Source: Flavobacteriales bacterium
GTDB taxonomy: Bacteria > Bacteroidota > Bacteroidia > CAIKAF01
DNA length: 64,000 nt
Direction: 5' to 3'
Assembly (NCBI GenBank): GCA_025055575.1
Contig: JANWWP010000063.1
Location: forward strand, 19,697-83,696
Position numbers and translations under genes: made by a program. The first letter of the stretch is position 1. Every line of letters begins with the position of its first letter. Shown piece after piece: positions 25,103 to 35,422 of this stretch. Under the pieces are notes generated by a model, which worked only from the letters and a program-made list of their open reading frames with translations, ran no database searches and had not been told where the DNA came from.

Positions 25103-26035
25103 ATGTCCGCCGTTCCCAAAATATACGCAGGATCAGCTTCCCTGGAACTGGGCCAGAAGATTGCCGAAGCCTACGGCACACATCTGGGCACTGTAAAACT
25201 CAACCGCTTCAGCGACGGGGAGATGCAACCCAGTTTCGAAGACTCCGTGCGGGGCGATGATGTTTTTATTGTTCAAAGCACGTTTCCACCGGCCGAGAAT
25301 ATTCTGGAGTTGCTTTTAATGGTGGATGCGGCCAAACGCGCCTCCGCGCGTCAAATCGTGGCCGTGATACCGTATTATGGCTATGCCCGGCAGGATCGAA
25401 AAGACAAACCGCGGGTTTCCATTGGCGCAAAATTGATTGCCAACTTGCTGACGGCCGCCGGCGTGACGCGCATCATGACGATGGACCTGCACGCCGACCA
25501 GATTCAGGGATTTTTCGATGTGCCGGTGGATCATTTGTTTGCCAGCACCATTTTTGTTCCCTATATTCAAAATTTGCATCTTGAGGATATTGTGATTACG
25601 GCGCCGGACATCGGAGGGTCCAAACGCGCCAATTCCTATGCCAAATACCTCAATTGCGAAATGGCCCTCTGCTACAAACAGCGTAAAGTGGCCAACGAAA
25701 TTGAAAATATGACAGTGATTGGGGACGTGAAAGGGAAAAACGTGATCATGTTGGATGACATGATCGACACGGGCGGGACGCTCACGCGTGCGGCCGAAAT
25801 GATGATGGACCGTGGCGCTTTGAGTGTGAGGGCTCTCTGCACCCATCCCGTGCTATCCGGTTCTGCCATCGAACGCATTGAAAACTCCAGTCTCACCGAA
25901 GTGGTGGTCACCGACACTATACCCCTGCAACGTCCCTCTTCAAAAATTGTGGTCCTCTCTTGTGCCGAACTTTTCAGCAACACAATTTACAAGCTCATTC
26001 ACGACGAATCTATTAGTTCTCAGTTTATTTTTTAA
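25103..26035 (+). CDS. prs: Ribose-phosphate pyrophosphokinase
   Basis: FSDGE, YYGYARQDRK, DLHADQIQGFFD and DDMIDTGGT motifs. Confidence 0.98.
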   Translation: MSAVPKIYAGSASLELGQKIAEAYGTHLGTVKLNRFSDGEMQPSFEDSVRGDDVFIVQSTFPPAENILELLLMVDAAKRASARQIVAVIPYYGYARQDRKDKPRVSIGAKLIANLLTAAGVTRIMTMDLHADQIQGFFDVPVDHLFASTIFVPYIQNLHLEDIVITAPDIGGSKRANSYAKYLNCEMALCYKQRKVANEIENMTVIGDVKGKNVIMLDDMIDTGGTLTRAAEMMMDRGALSVRALCTHPVLSGSAIERIENSSLTEVVVTDTIPLQRPSSKIVVLSCAELFSNTIYKLIHDESISSQFIF

Positions 26036-26046
26036 TTTCATCCCAT

Positions 26047-26634
26047 ATGAAAACCCTTCAAATCCCCGCCATACAGCGTGAAAATCTGGGAAAGGCCGAC
26101 AGCCGCGACCGGCGCAGGGAAGGCTTGGTGCCCTGCAACGTCTATGGTGCCCAGTCTCATCTGCACATCTTGGTGGACGAACGCCATCTTAAAAAGCTGG
26201 TGTACACCCCGGAGGTGATCGTAGCCTCACTCGAAATAGAAGGTGTTGGCACCCACCGGGCTGTGGTGCGCGAAACCCAGTTTCATCCAGTGACGGATAG
26301 AATTATTCACATGGATTTGGTGGAAGTGACCGATGATAAACCGGTGAAGGTGAAATTGCCCATTCGCCTGGTGGGGAACTCTGCAGGGGTCAAGGCCGGG
26401 GGAAAACTGAAAACCGTGATGCGCAAACTGCACGTTCAAGGGCTGGTTCAGGATTTGCCGGATTTTGTGGATATCGATATTACGCCCCTTGAAATCGGGC
26501 AGGCTATTCGGGTGCGGGATTTGAATGTGCCCGGCATTAAATTTCTGGACAGTCCAGGAAATGTGATCGTGAGCGTGGCGGCCACCCGTGCCAGCCGTCA
26601 GGAAGAGGCTGCGGCCGCACCCGGCAAAAAATAA
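26047..26634 (+). CDS. rplY: 50S ribosomal protein L25 / general stress protein Ctc
   Basis: R-x-x-G-LVPCNVYG, QFHPVTDRIIHMD and GVKAGG motifs; follows prs. Confidence 0.96.
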   Translation: MKTLQIPAIQRENLGKADSRDRRREGLVPCNVYGAQSHLHILVDERHLKKLVYTPEVIVASLEIEGVGTHRAVVRETQFHPVTDRIIHMDLVEVTDDKPVKVKLPIRLVGNSAGVKAGGKLKTVMRKLHVQGLVQDLPDFVDIDITPLEIGQAIRVRDLNVPGIKFLDSPGNVIVSVAATRASRQEEAAAAPGKK

Positions 26635-26637
26635 CTG

Positions 26638-27660
26638 TCAGGGTTTCATTTCCGATATCCATTCCCGAAGGAGAGCTATTCCCTCTTCGTCCACTGTGCG
26701 ACGTCCCATCTCCGGCATCATGATGCCGGGATCCAGGGAAGCCATACGATAAATTAAAATGGATTTTTCCGGGGCTCCCGGTTCGATGGAATACTGAAGA
26801 TGGGCGGCCGCTCTTCCGGCGGCTACGGGAGGCTTACGAATTCCCAGCTTCACAGGATCTTTTTCCCTGTAATTCAGAAATAATCCGGAAGTAGCGGCCT
26901 GGCCCTCAGGCCGGTGACAATGTCCGCAATTGATATCCAGGTAAGCCCGCGCCCGGCTGTTGATATCAGCGTCGGGGTTGTGCATTTCAGGATCTGCACC
27001 CACCTGTTCCAAAGGCGGCAGCTCGCGAAGAAGCCCCTGCTCTGCCCAGTACATTAACTGATTCTTGACGCCCGCGCCCGGATATGAATACATACGGTTC
27101 AGATGCCGGGCTGCCGGACCAATGGGAGAAATGGCGCCTTTGTATTCATGGCATTGTTTACACTGGTTCTTATTAGGTACCACGTAGGCAATCTGGCGTT
27201 TTCGACCATCGTAATGAATCCAGCTGACGGATGTGGACAGGCCCGCCACGTCGTAATAGGCTTCGGTTTGTTCCGCATTCCATACATAAGGCCAGGCTTC
27301 CCACCCGCGTGCCGTACGCGCCAGAATACGCGTCTCCAGAATGCGCCGTGCCCCATCCGGAGTCCGGAAGTCTTCAGGATAGTAAAAATTTTTAATGAGC
27401 AGAGTGCCTTCCGGGAATTCAAAAATTTCTTCAGGATCAAACCGGGCCGATTGCCCGGCAGGCAGACGCACAAAGCGTTTTTTAAAAGCATAATCCGAAA
27501 ATAAGGCCACCGTCAAATCATAGGGTACAACCCCTTCCGAGGGTTGTAGGTTTTTGAGCGGAGGTGTAAACAACCCGAGTTCAGAAAGCTTTTCCGGAGG
27601 TCGAAGGGACAGGAATGTAAGCAACATTCCTGCAGCCAGAGATGCAACGCCGGACATCAT
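26638..27660 (-). CDS. SO2930/HNE_0200-family di-heme c-type cytochrome-like protein
   Basis: Two CxxCH motifs (CKQCH, CGHCH); LSELGLF, YDLTVALFSDYAFKKRF, ETRIL and MMPEMGR motifs. Start moved to 27660 because a -7 box lies at 27670-27677. Confidence 0.8.
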   Translation of the reverse strand: MMSGVASLAAGMLLTFLSLRPPEKLSELGLFTPPLKNLQPSEGVVPYDLTVALFSDYAFKKRFVRLPAGQSARFDPEEIFEFPEGTLLIKNFYYPEDFRTPDGARRILETRILARTARGWEAWPYVWNAEQTEAYYDVAGLSTSVSWIHYDGRKRQIAYVVPNKNQCKQCHEYKGAISPIGPAARHLNRMYSYPGAGVKNQLMYWAEQGLLRELPPLEQVGADPEMHNPDADINSRARAYLDINCGHCHRPEGQAATSGLFLNYREKDPVKLGIRKPPVAAGRAAAHLQYSIEPGAPEKSILIYRMASLDPGIMMPEMGRRTVDEEGIALLREWISEMKP

Positions 27661-27669
27661 GGGTTTCCA

Positions 27670-27677
27670 CAAATTTA
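27670..27677 (-). promoter_or_regulatory. -7 promoter box TAAATTTG for the cytochrome-like gene
   Basis: Exact TAnnTTTG on the minus strand, 9 nt before ATG 27660. Confidence 0.6.
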
Positions 27678-27878
27678 AAAGCCCGCTACTTCCGTTTGGG
27701 GGCTTCAGAGGAAAATTTTTTGTGGATTCAAACTTACTTAACATTATTAATGATTCCATTTTAGAACTCCCGTCCACCTTTTAAAAGGCCTCCAATCCCA
27801 AATATTTAGAAAAACAAAGTGCTTAAGGAAAGCAATGCCTTTCCACTCTTGGACGTTTTGTTTCTTTGCCCACTGTTC

Positions 27879-30863
27879 ATGCGCTACCCGGCTTGGTTGC
27901 CTTTTCTGCTGCTGGCCTGGCAGGAGTTTTCTACCGGGCAAAAAGCCCTCAACTACCCGGAACCTGCCCAAAGACCCCCCATGGATGCCACCGTGGCCAT
28001 CCCACCTGAAGCTTATGTGTGGGCAGATTCCGTGATGGCCACATTAACCCCTGATGAGCGGGTGGCCCAACTTTTTATGGTGGCGGCCTATAGCAACAAA
28101 GATGCCCGACATGAGCAGGCTACTGAGGATTTGGTGCGGCGTTGGGGCGTCGGAGGCTTGATTTTTTTTCAGGGAACGCCCGGAAAACAGGCCGCCCTCA
28201 CCAACCGCTATCAAAAGGCCGCCAAAGTGAAGCTCTTGATAGCCGGGGATTATGAATGGGGCCTCAGCATGCGTTTGGACAGTTGTCCGCGCTTCCCTTG
28301 GCAGATGACTTTGGGGGCTGTACAGGAGGATTCTCTCATTTTTCATGTGGGTGCCGAGATGGCCCGCCAACTGAAAAGACTTGGCGTGAATGTGAGTTTT
28401 TCCCCGGTGCTGGATGTGAACAACAATCCGCGGAATCCCATTATCAATGCCCGTTCGTTTGGAGAGGACCGTGTGCAGGTGATGCGCAAGGGACTGGCCC
28501 TGGCAGCGGGTTTGCAGAAAAATGGAGTGATGGCCTGTGGAAAGCATTTTCCGGGTCATGGCGACACCGACAAAGATTCCCATAAAGAACTGCCTTCCAT
28601 CCTGCATCCTCTGGAACGCCTTGACTCGGTGGAGTTATTCCCTTTTCGGGCGGCGGTGGCCCGCGGCCTCCAGAGTGTGATGGTGGCCCATTTGTATGTT
28701 CCTGTATTAGACTCCACCAAACACTTGGCCACTTCGCTTTCCCATCAGACCGTAACGGGCCTTTTGCGCCGGGCTTTAGGATTTCAGGGTCTGGTATTTA
28801 CGGACGCATTAAATATGTCGGGCGTAAGTAAATATTTTCCTCCAGGGCAAGTGGAGGTGTTGGCCCTTAAGGCAGGTGTGGACATCCTTCTCATGCCGGA
28901 AAACGTGCCTCTAGCCCTCGAAAAAATTCGGGAGGCCATTCAAAAAGGCACCCTCCAGTCGGCCGAGCTGGACGCCCGATGTCGTAAAGTGCTGGCCTAC
29001 AAATATGTGTTGGGGTTAAACAGGTGGAAACCCGTGGACTTGAAGGGGCTTCGTGAAGATTTGTGGAACCCTTCTTTTCATCTTATCCAGCGGAAAGTTG
29101 TGGCGGCTTCCCTAACCCTTTTGAAGAATGAAAATGAATTGCTTCCTCTGGGCGGTTACGACACGCTCCGTCCGGTGCTGGTGACAGTGGGAGCCCAGGA
29201 AGATGAGGTTTTTTCCCGCACTTTAAATTTTTATTTGCCATTCAAAATACATCGACTTCCAGAGAATCCGGATTCGCAGCAACTCAAAGCTGCAGAAGAA
29301 GTCGTTCGGGAAGGCAACTTGCTGGTATTGTCTTGGCACAAGGCCGTTAATAATCCCTGGAAAGTGCAGAAAATTCCGGACTGGCTGCCCTCCTTCACGA
29401 CAAAGCTGGCCCGCCGTGTTCCCACCGTGGCGGTGGTCTTTGCCAATCCTTACAGTCTGTCGGCTTTTCCAGAAACCATCCAGGTGCATGGACTGCTGGC
29501 GGCCTACCAGGACATCCCTGAAGCTCAGGAGCTGGCAGCTCAGGCTTTGTTTGGGGCTCTTCCTGTGAGGGGGCGTTTGCCTGTGACGGCCAGTCCTTTT
29601 TTGCGCTGCGGCGCAGGCCTTGATGTGGTGGCAAGGCCTGTACTCAGATTCGGAATTCCGGAAGAGGCCGGTTTTTCTTCTAAGGCGCTTCAAAAGGTGG
29701 ATGAAATTGCCCAGGAAGGCATGACGGCGCGGGCCTATCCGGGATGCGTGGTGCTGGCAGCCCGGCATGGCCTGGTTTTTTTCTATAAAGCCTTTGGAAA
29801 CACTATGTATTCTGGGGGAGAACCTGTGAAAAAGGAGGATCTTTATGACCTTGCTTCCGTCACCAAAATAACGGCTACTCTGCCTTTGTGCATGATGTTG
29901 TATGACCAGGGCCGTCTTAATCTGAAAGCCGTGGTGGGCGATTATTTGGCGGAAAGTCGCGGCTCACGGGTGGCCTCGCTAAAAATCGAGGATCTTCTCA
30001 CGCATCAGGCCGGTCTAAAAGCTTGGGTTCCTTTTTACCAGAAAACTCTAAGGCCCGGGGGCAAACTGCGGGAAGACTTCTACAGCCACACGCCGGACGC
30101 CCTGCACACCTTGCAGGTGGCTGAAGGGATTTATGTGAAACCCTCCATTGTGGACAGCGTGTTTCAATGGATTTTTGAAACCCCTGTAAACACTGGCCAG
30201 GGATATGTGTACAGCGATTTGGGCCTCTACCTCATGGCCCGCATCTGCGAAAGGTTGTTGGGCGGTCGTCTGGACTCCCTATCATCGAAATTGATTTTCA
30301 GAAAACTTGGAGCTTACACCACCACTTACAACCCCAGGCTGCGCTTCCCGGTCGAACGTATTGTGCCCACAGCGGTGGATTCTAGTTTTCGCAAACAGCT
30401 GCTGCGCGGCTGGGTACATGATGAAGGGGCGGCGCTTTGCGGCGGTGTAGCCGGTCATGCCGGCGTCTTCTCCAATGCCGTAGATTTGGCTAAAGTCATG
30501 CAGATGTATCTGAACCAGGGCCGCTACGGTACGGAAGTATTTTTCAGTCCGGCCACCGTTCAGGAATTCACCCGATGCCGCTTTTGCAAGCAAGGCAATC
30601 GCAGAGCTTTGGGCTTCGACCGAAAAGAACCCGGAAGCAAAGGTCCGCCCTGCGAATGCGTATCTCTGGCCAGTTACGGTCATACGGGCTTCACCGGCAC
30701 CATGGCCTGGATGGATCCGGAAAACGGTCTTTTGTTTATTTTCTTGTCGAACCGAATTCATCCCTCCCCACACAATAAAATTTTAATCGACAAAAACATC
30801 CGGGCCCGCATTCAGCAGGTATTTTATGATGCCATGGGTAAGATGATGCCCGATATGGACTAA
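27879..30863 (+). CDS. GH3 beta-N-acetylglucosaminidase fused to a beta-lactamase-like serine hydrolase domain
   Basis: GH3 KHFPGHGD and FTDALNM; C-terminal SxxK (ASVTK), YSD and HTGFTG. Start ATG 27879 or GTG 27819. Confidence 0.9.
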   Translation: MRYPAWLPFLLLAWQEFSTGQKALNYPEPAQRPPMDATVAIPPEAYVWADSVMATLTPDERVAQLFMVAAYSNKDARHEQATEDLVRRWGVGGLIFFQGTPGKQAALTNRYQKAAKVKLLIAGDYEWGLSMRLDSCPRFPWQMTLGAVQEDSLIFHVGAEMARQLKRLGVNVSFSPVLDVNNNPRNPIINARSFGEDRVQVMRKGLALAAGLQKNGVMACGKHFPGHGDTDKDSHKELPSILHPLERLDSVELFPFRAAVARGLQSVMVAHLYVPVLDSTKHLATSLSHQTVTGLLRRALGFQGLVFTDALNMSGVSKYFPPGQVEVLALKAGVDILLMPENVPLALEKIREAIQKGTLQSAELDARCRKVLAYKYVLGLNRWKPVDLKGLREDLWNPSFHLIQRKVVAASLTLLKNENELLPLGGYDTLRPVLVTVGAQEDEVFSRTLNFYLPFKIHRLPENPDSQQLKAAEEVVREGNLLVLSWHKAVNNPWKVQKIPDWLPSFTTKLARRVPTVAVVFANPYSLSAFPETIQVHGLLAAYQDIPEAQELAAQALFGALPVRGRLPVTASPFLRCGAGLDVVARPVLRFGIPEEAGFSSKALQKVDEIAQEGMTARAYPGCVVLAARHGLVFFYKAFGNTMYSGGEPVKKEDLYDLASVTKITATLPLCMMLYDQGRLNLKAVVGDYLAESRGSRVASLKIEDLLTHQAGLKAWVPFYQKTLRPGGKLREDFYSHTPDALHTLQVAEGIYVKPSIVDSVFQWIFETPVNTGQGYVYSDLGLYLMARICERLLGGRLDSLSSKLIFRKLGAYTTTYNPRLRFPVERIVPTAVDSSFRKQLLRGWVHDEGAALCGGVAGHAGVFSNAVDLAKVMQMYLNQGRYGTEVFFSPATVQEFTRCRFCKQGNRRALGFDRKEPGSKGPPCECVSLASYGHTGFTGTMAWMDPENGLLFIFLSNRIHPSPHNKILIDKNIRARIQQVFYDAMGKMMPDMD

Positions 30864-30883
30864 AAGTTCTTTTTCATTTTTTC

Positions 30884-33115
30884 TTAGAGCCCCAACCAAT
30901 ACACAACTTTCAGAACCACCCCGCGCGAGCGGATGTCCCATTTTTCAGTGCCATAATTATCGGTGTACACCAGAAAGACGTCCGACATCGGCGCGAAGCG
31001 CCATTGCAGGCGGGCTGTCACGTTCAGATTGCTGATTTGGGTGTTGTATTGAATAAAAGTGGTGAAAAAGATGTTATTGCGCGGCGTAATTTCCAAAGTG
31101 GGGCCCACCAGCGTCAAAGGTTTACGACCGTAGGGTGCCGGGAGCATCACATCGTCGTACGTGAAGCGCAGGGAAAAATTGCCCCAGGGCTGCACTCTGT
31201 AGCCCATTTGCCCGCCCAGACCCAGAATATGGCCGTTGAAGTACGATCCGCCATAAATATTTAGGTTGTATGTGAACAACTTACGCTTATTGGATTCAAA
31301 CTTTACAAAGCCCGTCCGGTAATGGTATCCACCCCTGGGCAGTGGGAGAGGAAGCTTGCCTGTGATATCGGCATCAAATAAAAGCCGTGTGAAATTTTCG
31401 TTGAATCCGGCTGAAAAAACTGCAGTGTTTAGGAACGTGATGGTGAGCGAGGGTGTAATTTGAGCATCTGTGGGAGAGAAACTGGAATCGGCGTACCAAT
31501 TGAAATACAGTTGTGGACTGATGGAAAAAATGCGGCTATTTTCAGGATAGAATATGTACGCCACACTGGGCTCCAGGCGCCAATAAGCCAGTCTCACCAA
31601 TCGGTTGTTTTTACTGTCCAGGTGGAATTGTCTGGGCACAAATCCGACATCGGCTGTGTAACTGCGGCCCACATATTCATGGTTCCACATGATGCTCCAG
31701 TGGCGGGTGTTGTAGCCCAGATAGGAGGCATGGGCATAGGCATCCCGAAGCGTGCCAGGCTGTAAGGAATGATGGAAAAAAAATTTTCCAGTCCACACGT
31801 TGTCCCGGCTTGCTAAGTCATAATCAAGCCCCACAATGCGATTGTAGTCTGATTTTAAAAGTCTTGGGCCTTCAAATGCCTGTCGGTTCACAAAAATGAA
31901 TCCGATGTTGGATCTGTTGAAGACCAAGCGCTGAACGGCCGCCACCAGATAGTTCTGGGGGCGCAGATTGAGGTCGCCGCGGCCGGCCGTTTGAATGTCC
32001 ATAGCGCCCACGCGCCACCGCCGGTTTACTTTCCCGGACAACCGCACCCCTCCCAGAATGGGAACGGCCTGACCATTGTACAAGCCAATCTGTCGGGAAA
32101 AAAAAGGCCGGATTCTAGTGAATCCGAACCGGGCGAAAAGATCGCTGTTTTCAATAAAAAATTGACGTTGTTCCGGGAAGAAGAGGCTAAAGCGGGTGAG
32201 ATTGGTGATCTGCCGGTCCACATCCACCTGAGAAAAATCAGGGTTAGCCGTCAGATCCAGGTTCAGTGAAGGGGTCAGGCTGATTTTGGCATCGGCGCCC
32301 AACCCCCACAAAGGCTGATACCTTGTGGGTTGTCCGGTAAAAGAGGTTTGGAGGCCGCCCAGAGCATAAGGGATCAGGGCCGCGTTAAAGCGGGGAGGTG
32401 GTGGCGGCTCAGGCCACTCCAGACGGCCCGAAAAAGCCAAAGAGGTCCGGCCAAAATTCACTGGAATGGGCGACCAGCAACCTTCCTCATTAATATTGAG
32501 ACACACCCGCACAAAATTGACCCGCCAAAGGGTGTTACCTGCCTTGTATCGTAAAGTTTTAAAGGGAATTTTGATTTCTGCCTGCCAACCCAGGCTGTCT
32601 CTATGAACTGCGGAAAACCACCGGTTGTCCCATCGGGGTTCCAGCCCTCCAAAGCCACCTCCGTTTTGCAGAAAAATTTCGGCTTGAGCATTATAAGGAT
32701 TCACCACAAAGCAAAATGCATTGGTTTTGTCGTTGTAGGTATCGAAGTACACCACAAAACAATCGCTGTTCCACATGTCGAAATCCCTTTTGAGACTCTG
32801 CACCACATAAGGCTTTCGTACTGTTTCCCCGCAGCGGGCATGCAGGTAGATATTTTTTTGGTCATAGGCCAGGCGCACCTCCGTGGGTTGACTGAAGGGC
32901 AAGCTGTCACTCGGGAATTTTTGATGGAATCCGGAGGCTACTTCTGTGGATTGCCAAAAGGTCTCCAACGCAAGGCCATCCAGTTCGCAAGACCCAGTAA
33001 TTTTTTGAATACGGTAGCTTTTTTCAGTCGGACCTTGCGCCACCAATGTCGTCCATCCAGCCGTCCAGAATCCGATGGAAAATCCCGGCAGCCAGCGCAG
33101 GTAAGCTCTGTACAT
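30884..33115 (-). CDS. CBM9-like plus DUF5916 outer-membrane protein
   Basis: N-terminal CBM9-like (LDG...W...FHQKFP, WQAEIKIPFKTLRY) and LTANPDFSQVDVD...LFFPEQRQFF motifs. Start ATG 33115 or 33133. Confidence 0.8.
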   Translation of the reverse strand: MYRAYLRWLPGFSIGFWTAGWTTLVAQGPTEKSYRIQKITGSCELDGLALETFWQSTEVASGFHQKFPSDSLPFSQPTEVRLAYDQKNIYLHARCGETVRKPYVVQSLKRDFDMWNSDCFVVYFDTYNDKTNAFCFVVNPYNAQAEIFLQNGGGFGGLEPRWDNRWFSAVHRDSLGWQAEIKIPFKTLRYKAGNTLWRVNFVRVCLNINEEGCWSPIPVNFGRTSLAFSGRLEWPEPPPPPRFNAALIPYALGGLQTSFTGQPTRYQPLWGLGADAKISLTPSLNLDLTANPDFSQVDVDRQITNLTRFSLFFPEQRQFFIENSDLFARFGFTRIRPFFSRQIGLYNGQAVPILGGVRLSGKVNRRWRVGAMDIQTAGRGDLNLRPQNYLVAAVQRLVFNRSNIGFIFVNRQAFEGPRLLKSDYNRIVGLDYDLASRDNVWTGKFFFHHSLQPGTLRDAYAHASYLGYNTRHWSIMWNHEYVGRSYTADVGFVPRQFHLDSKNNRLVRLAYWRLEPSVAYIFYPENSRIFSISPQLYFNWYADSSFSPTDAQITPSLTITFLNTAVFSAGFNENFTRLLFDADITGKLPLPLPRGGYHYRTGFVKFESNKRKLFTYNLNIYGGSYFNGHILGLGGQMGYRVQPWGNFSLRFTYDDVMLPAPYGRKPLTLVGPTLEITPRNNIFFTTFIQYNTQISNLNVTARLQWRFAPMSDVFLVYTDNYGTEKWDIRSRGVVLKVVYWLGL

Positions 33116-33118
33116 TTG
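33111..33118 (+). promoter_or_regulatory. -7 promoter box TACATTTG for the S9B peptidase
   Basis: Exact TAnnTTTG; it overlaps the ATG 33115 codon of the divergent gene. Confidence 0.55.
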
Positions 33119-33167
33119 CCCTATGTTGACCATACGGTATTTTAAGCTATTAATTCCCCTTAAAACC

Positions 33168-35318
33168 ATGCGACTTTTCTGTCCGCTTCTGATAGTCTGG
33201 TTGGTTTTTTTTCCAGCGCTGCGGGCGCAAAATAACACAAGGCTTTCCCTGGAAGATGCCGTGCGGGGCCTGTTCACCAAATATAAAACAGACATGCCCA
33301 GTCCTTTGTGCTGGGTGGATGATACCTCTTTCCTATGGACACGGGATTTTAGAAATATTCTTCTTCGACGTGTGGGCAGCCCTGAGGAAATAGTGTGGTT
33401 CTCTGCCGAATCGCAGCCGGAGCTAAAAAATCAGTCTCTGGTGAATGCCCAGCGTTCGGGTGATGGAAAAAAAATAATCCTTGAATTTCAGGACAGATAC
33501 ATTTTTCGCAATCCTGAAGGCGACATCACTTTGACGGAGATTTTGAAGCCTAAAGACAGCCAGGACCACCACCTGCATCCGGAGCGGCGCCTTTTAGCCT
33601 ACACCGTAGAGAATAACGTGTATTTGCTGGAGCCCGGTGGACGGGAGGTGAGCCTGACGCAGGATGTGGATAAAGGGATAGTGAACGGCAGTGGTTATGT
33701 GCATCGTCAGGAATTTGGCATCCAGGAGGGCTTGTTCTGGAATAAGGCAGGGGATCGCCTGGCCTATTATTCAAAGGATGAGCGCATGGTGAAAGAATAC
33801 CCTTTGGTCAATACCTCCGCCCGGGAAGCGGAACCCCGGTTCATCCGTTATCCTATGGCCGGTATGAAAAGCGAAGAAGTGAAAATCAAAGTGTATCATG
33901 TGGAATCGGGCGCCACGACCACGCTGCGCACCAACTCCCATCCGGAAACATACCTCACATGCGTCACGTGGGCTCCGGATGGACGCCAGATCTATACCGC
34001 CTTGCTTAATAGAGCGCAGGATCACTTGACCCTCATGCGCTTTGATGCTGAATCGGGCAGCGCCAACGGGCGGATTTTGGAGGAGAAACATTCCAAATAT
34101 GTGGAACCCGAGCATCCCCTGGTGTTTGTGAACAACAAACCGGATCGGTTCATCTGGCAGAGCGAACGCGATGGTTTTAATCACTTATATCTGTATTCAT
34201 CAGAGGGTCAGCTAATTCGGCAGTTGACGAAAGGCGCCTGGGAGGTCACCGAAGTGCTGGGCCAGGATCCAAGAGGGGAATGGTTGTATTACAGGGCCAC
34301 AAAAGTGTCTCCACTCGACCGCCATATCTACCGAGTGAATCTATATAACGGCAAAAATGAAGCCGTCAGTGATGAAAAAGAACCTGGCACCTGGTGGGGC
34401 TGGTTATCGCCCGACGGACGCCGCCTCCTGGCCACCTTTCAGTCCGCTCAAAAACCTGCAGGCATTTTCTTGATTGAGACGGCCACAGGAAAGAAAAAGC
34501 TTATCTATCAGGCGACCGATCCATTGGATTCTCTGCAGATACCCAAGCCGCACATGCGCCCTTTCCTATCCGCCGATGGGCGCACGATGCTTTATGGCCG
34601 GGTCACTTTGCCGCCCCGTCTGGAACCAGGCCGCAGATACCCCGTATTTTTATACGTATACGGCGGCCCCCATGCCCAGCTTGTCACCAATACTAGGCTT
34701 TGGGGCGCAGGACTGCTGGACAGCTATATGGCGCAGCAAGGGTACGTGGTGCTCACGGTGGACAACCGGGGATCGGCCCATCGGGGGCTGGAATTTGAGA
34801 ATGTCATTCACCGCCGGCTTGGATTTCATGAAATGCAGGATCAGGTGGCGGCCCTCCGCCAATTGTTCAAGGAGCCTTTTGTGGACAGCACCCGCACGGT
34901 GGTGCACGGATGGAGTTTTGGAGGATTTATGACAATTTCACTTTTATTGAACTATCCTGATCTTTTCAAAGCCGGTGTGGCAGGGGGACCTGTAACCGAC
35001 TGGAAATGGTATGAGGTCATGTATGGGGAACGTTACATGGACACGCCTGATGAAAACCCCGAAGGCTATGCAGCCACGTCCTTGCTGGACAAAGTTCAGA
35101 ATTTAAAGAGCCGTCTGTTGATCATTCATGGAATGCAGGATGACGTGGTGGTGCCTCAACACAGTTTTGAGCTGGTGGAAGCCTTCATCAAAGCCGGCCG
35201 TCAGGTGGAGTTCTTTCCTTACCCGTCCCACGCCCACAATGTCCGAGGAAAAGATCGAATCCATCTGATGCAAAAAGTTATTGATTTCCTGACGAAGGAT
35301 GGGCTAAATGCACCTTAA
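33168..35318 (+). CDS. Dipeptidyl-peptidase IV family (S9B) peptidase
   Basis: DPP IV N-terminal propeller (YVHRQEFG, RYPMAG); GWSFGG (Ser), DDVV (Asp) and HAHNV (His). Start ATG 33168 (signal peptide) or 33123. Confidence 0.92.
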   Translation: MRLFCPLLIVWLVFFPALRAQNNTRLSLEDAVRGLFTKYKTDMPSPLCWVDDTSFLWTRDFRNILLRRVGSPEEIVWFSAESQPELKNQSLVNAQRSGDGKKIILEFQDRYIFRNPEGDITLTEILKPKDSQDHHLHPERRLLAYTVENNVYLLEPGGREVSLTQDVDKGIVNGSGYVHRQEFGIQEGLFWNKAGDRLAYYSKDERMVKEYPLVNTSAREAEPRFIRYPMAGMKSEEVKIKVYHVESGATTTLRTNSHPETYLTCVTWAPDGRQIYTALLNRAQDHLTLMRFDAESGSANGRILEEKHSKYVEPEHPLVFVNNKPDRFIWQSERDGFNHLYLYSSEGQLIRQLTKGAWEVTEVLGQDPRGEWLYYRATKVSPLDRHIYRVNLYNGKNEAVSDEKEPGTWWGWLSPDGRRLLATFQSAQKPAGIFLIETATGKKKLIYQATDPLDSLQIPKPHMRPFLSADGRTMLYGRVTLPPRLEPGRRYPVFLYVYGGPHAQLVTNTRLWGAGLLDSYMAQQGYVVLTVDNRGSAHRGLEFENVIHRRLGFHEMQDQVAALRQLFKEPFVDSTRTVVHGWSFGGFMTISLLLNYPDLFKAGVAGGPVTDWKWYEVMYGERYMDTPDENPEGYAATSLLDKVQNLKSRLLIIHGMQDDVVVPQHSFELVEAFIKAGRQVEFFPYPSHAHNVRGKDRIHLMQKVIDFLTKDGLNAP

Positions 35319-35422
35319 ATAGCACATAAAATAGGGCTTGGATTTTTTATCCAGAAGGCCTGGCTGAAAAGAAAGATCGTTAAAGAGGGGAAACTTTTAA
35401 CCAAATACAAGAACGCCCCGCC

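Noticed and set aside
27738-27752. TTAACATTATTAATG as a Pho-box-like site
   Set aside because: The half-sites are 9 bp apart rather than 11, in an AT-rich spacer.
27879-30863. GH3/beta-lactamase fusion as a novel resistance gene
   Set aside because: This architecture is common in Bacteroidota, and the SxxK domain is of the class C/esterase-like type usually linked to cell-wall recycling.
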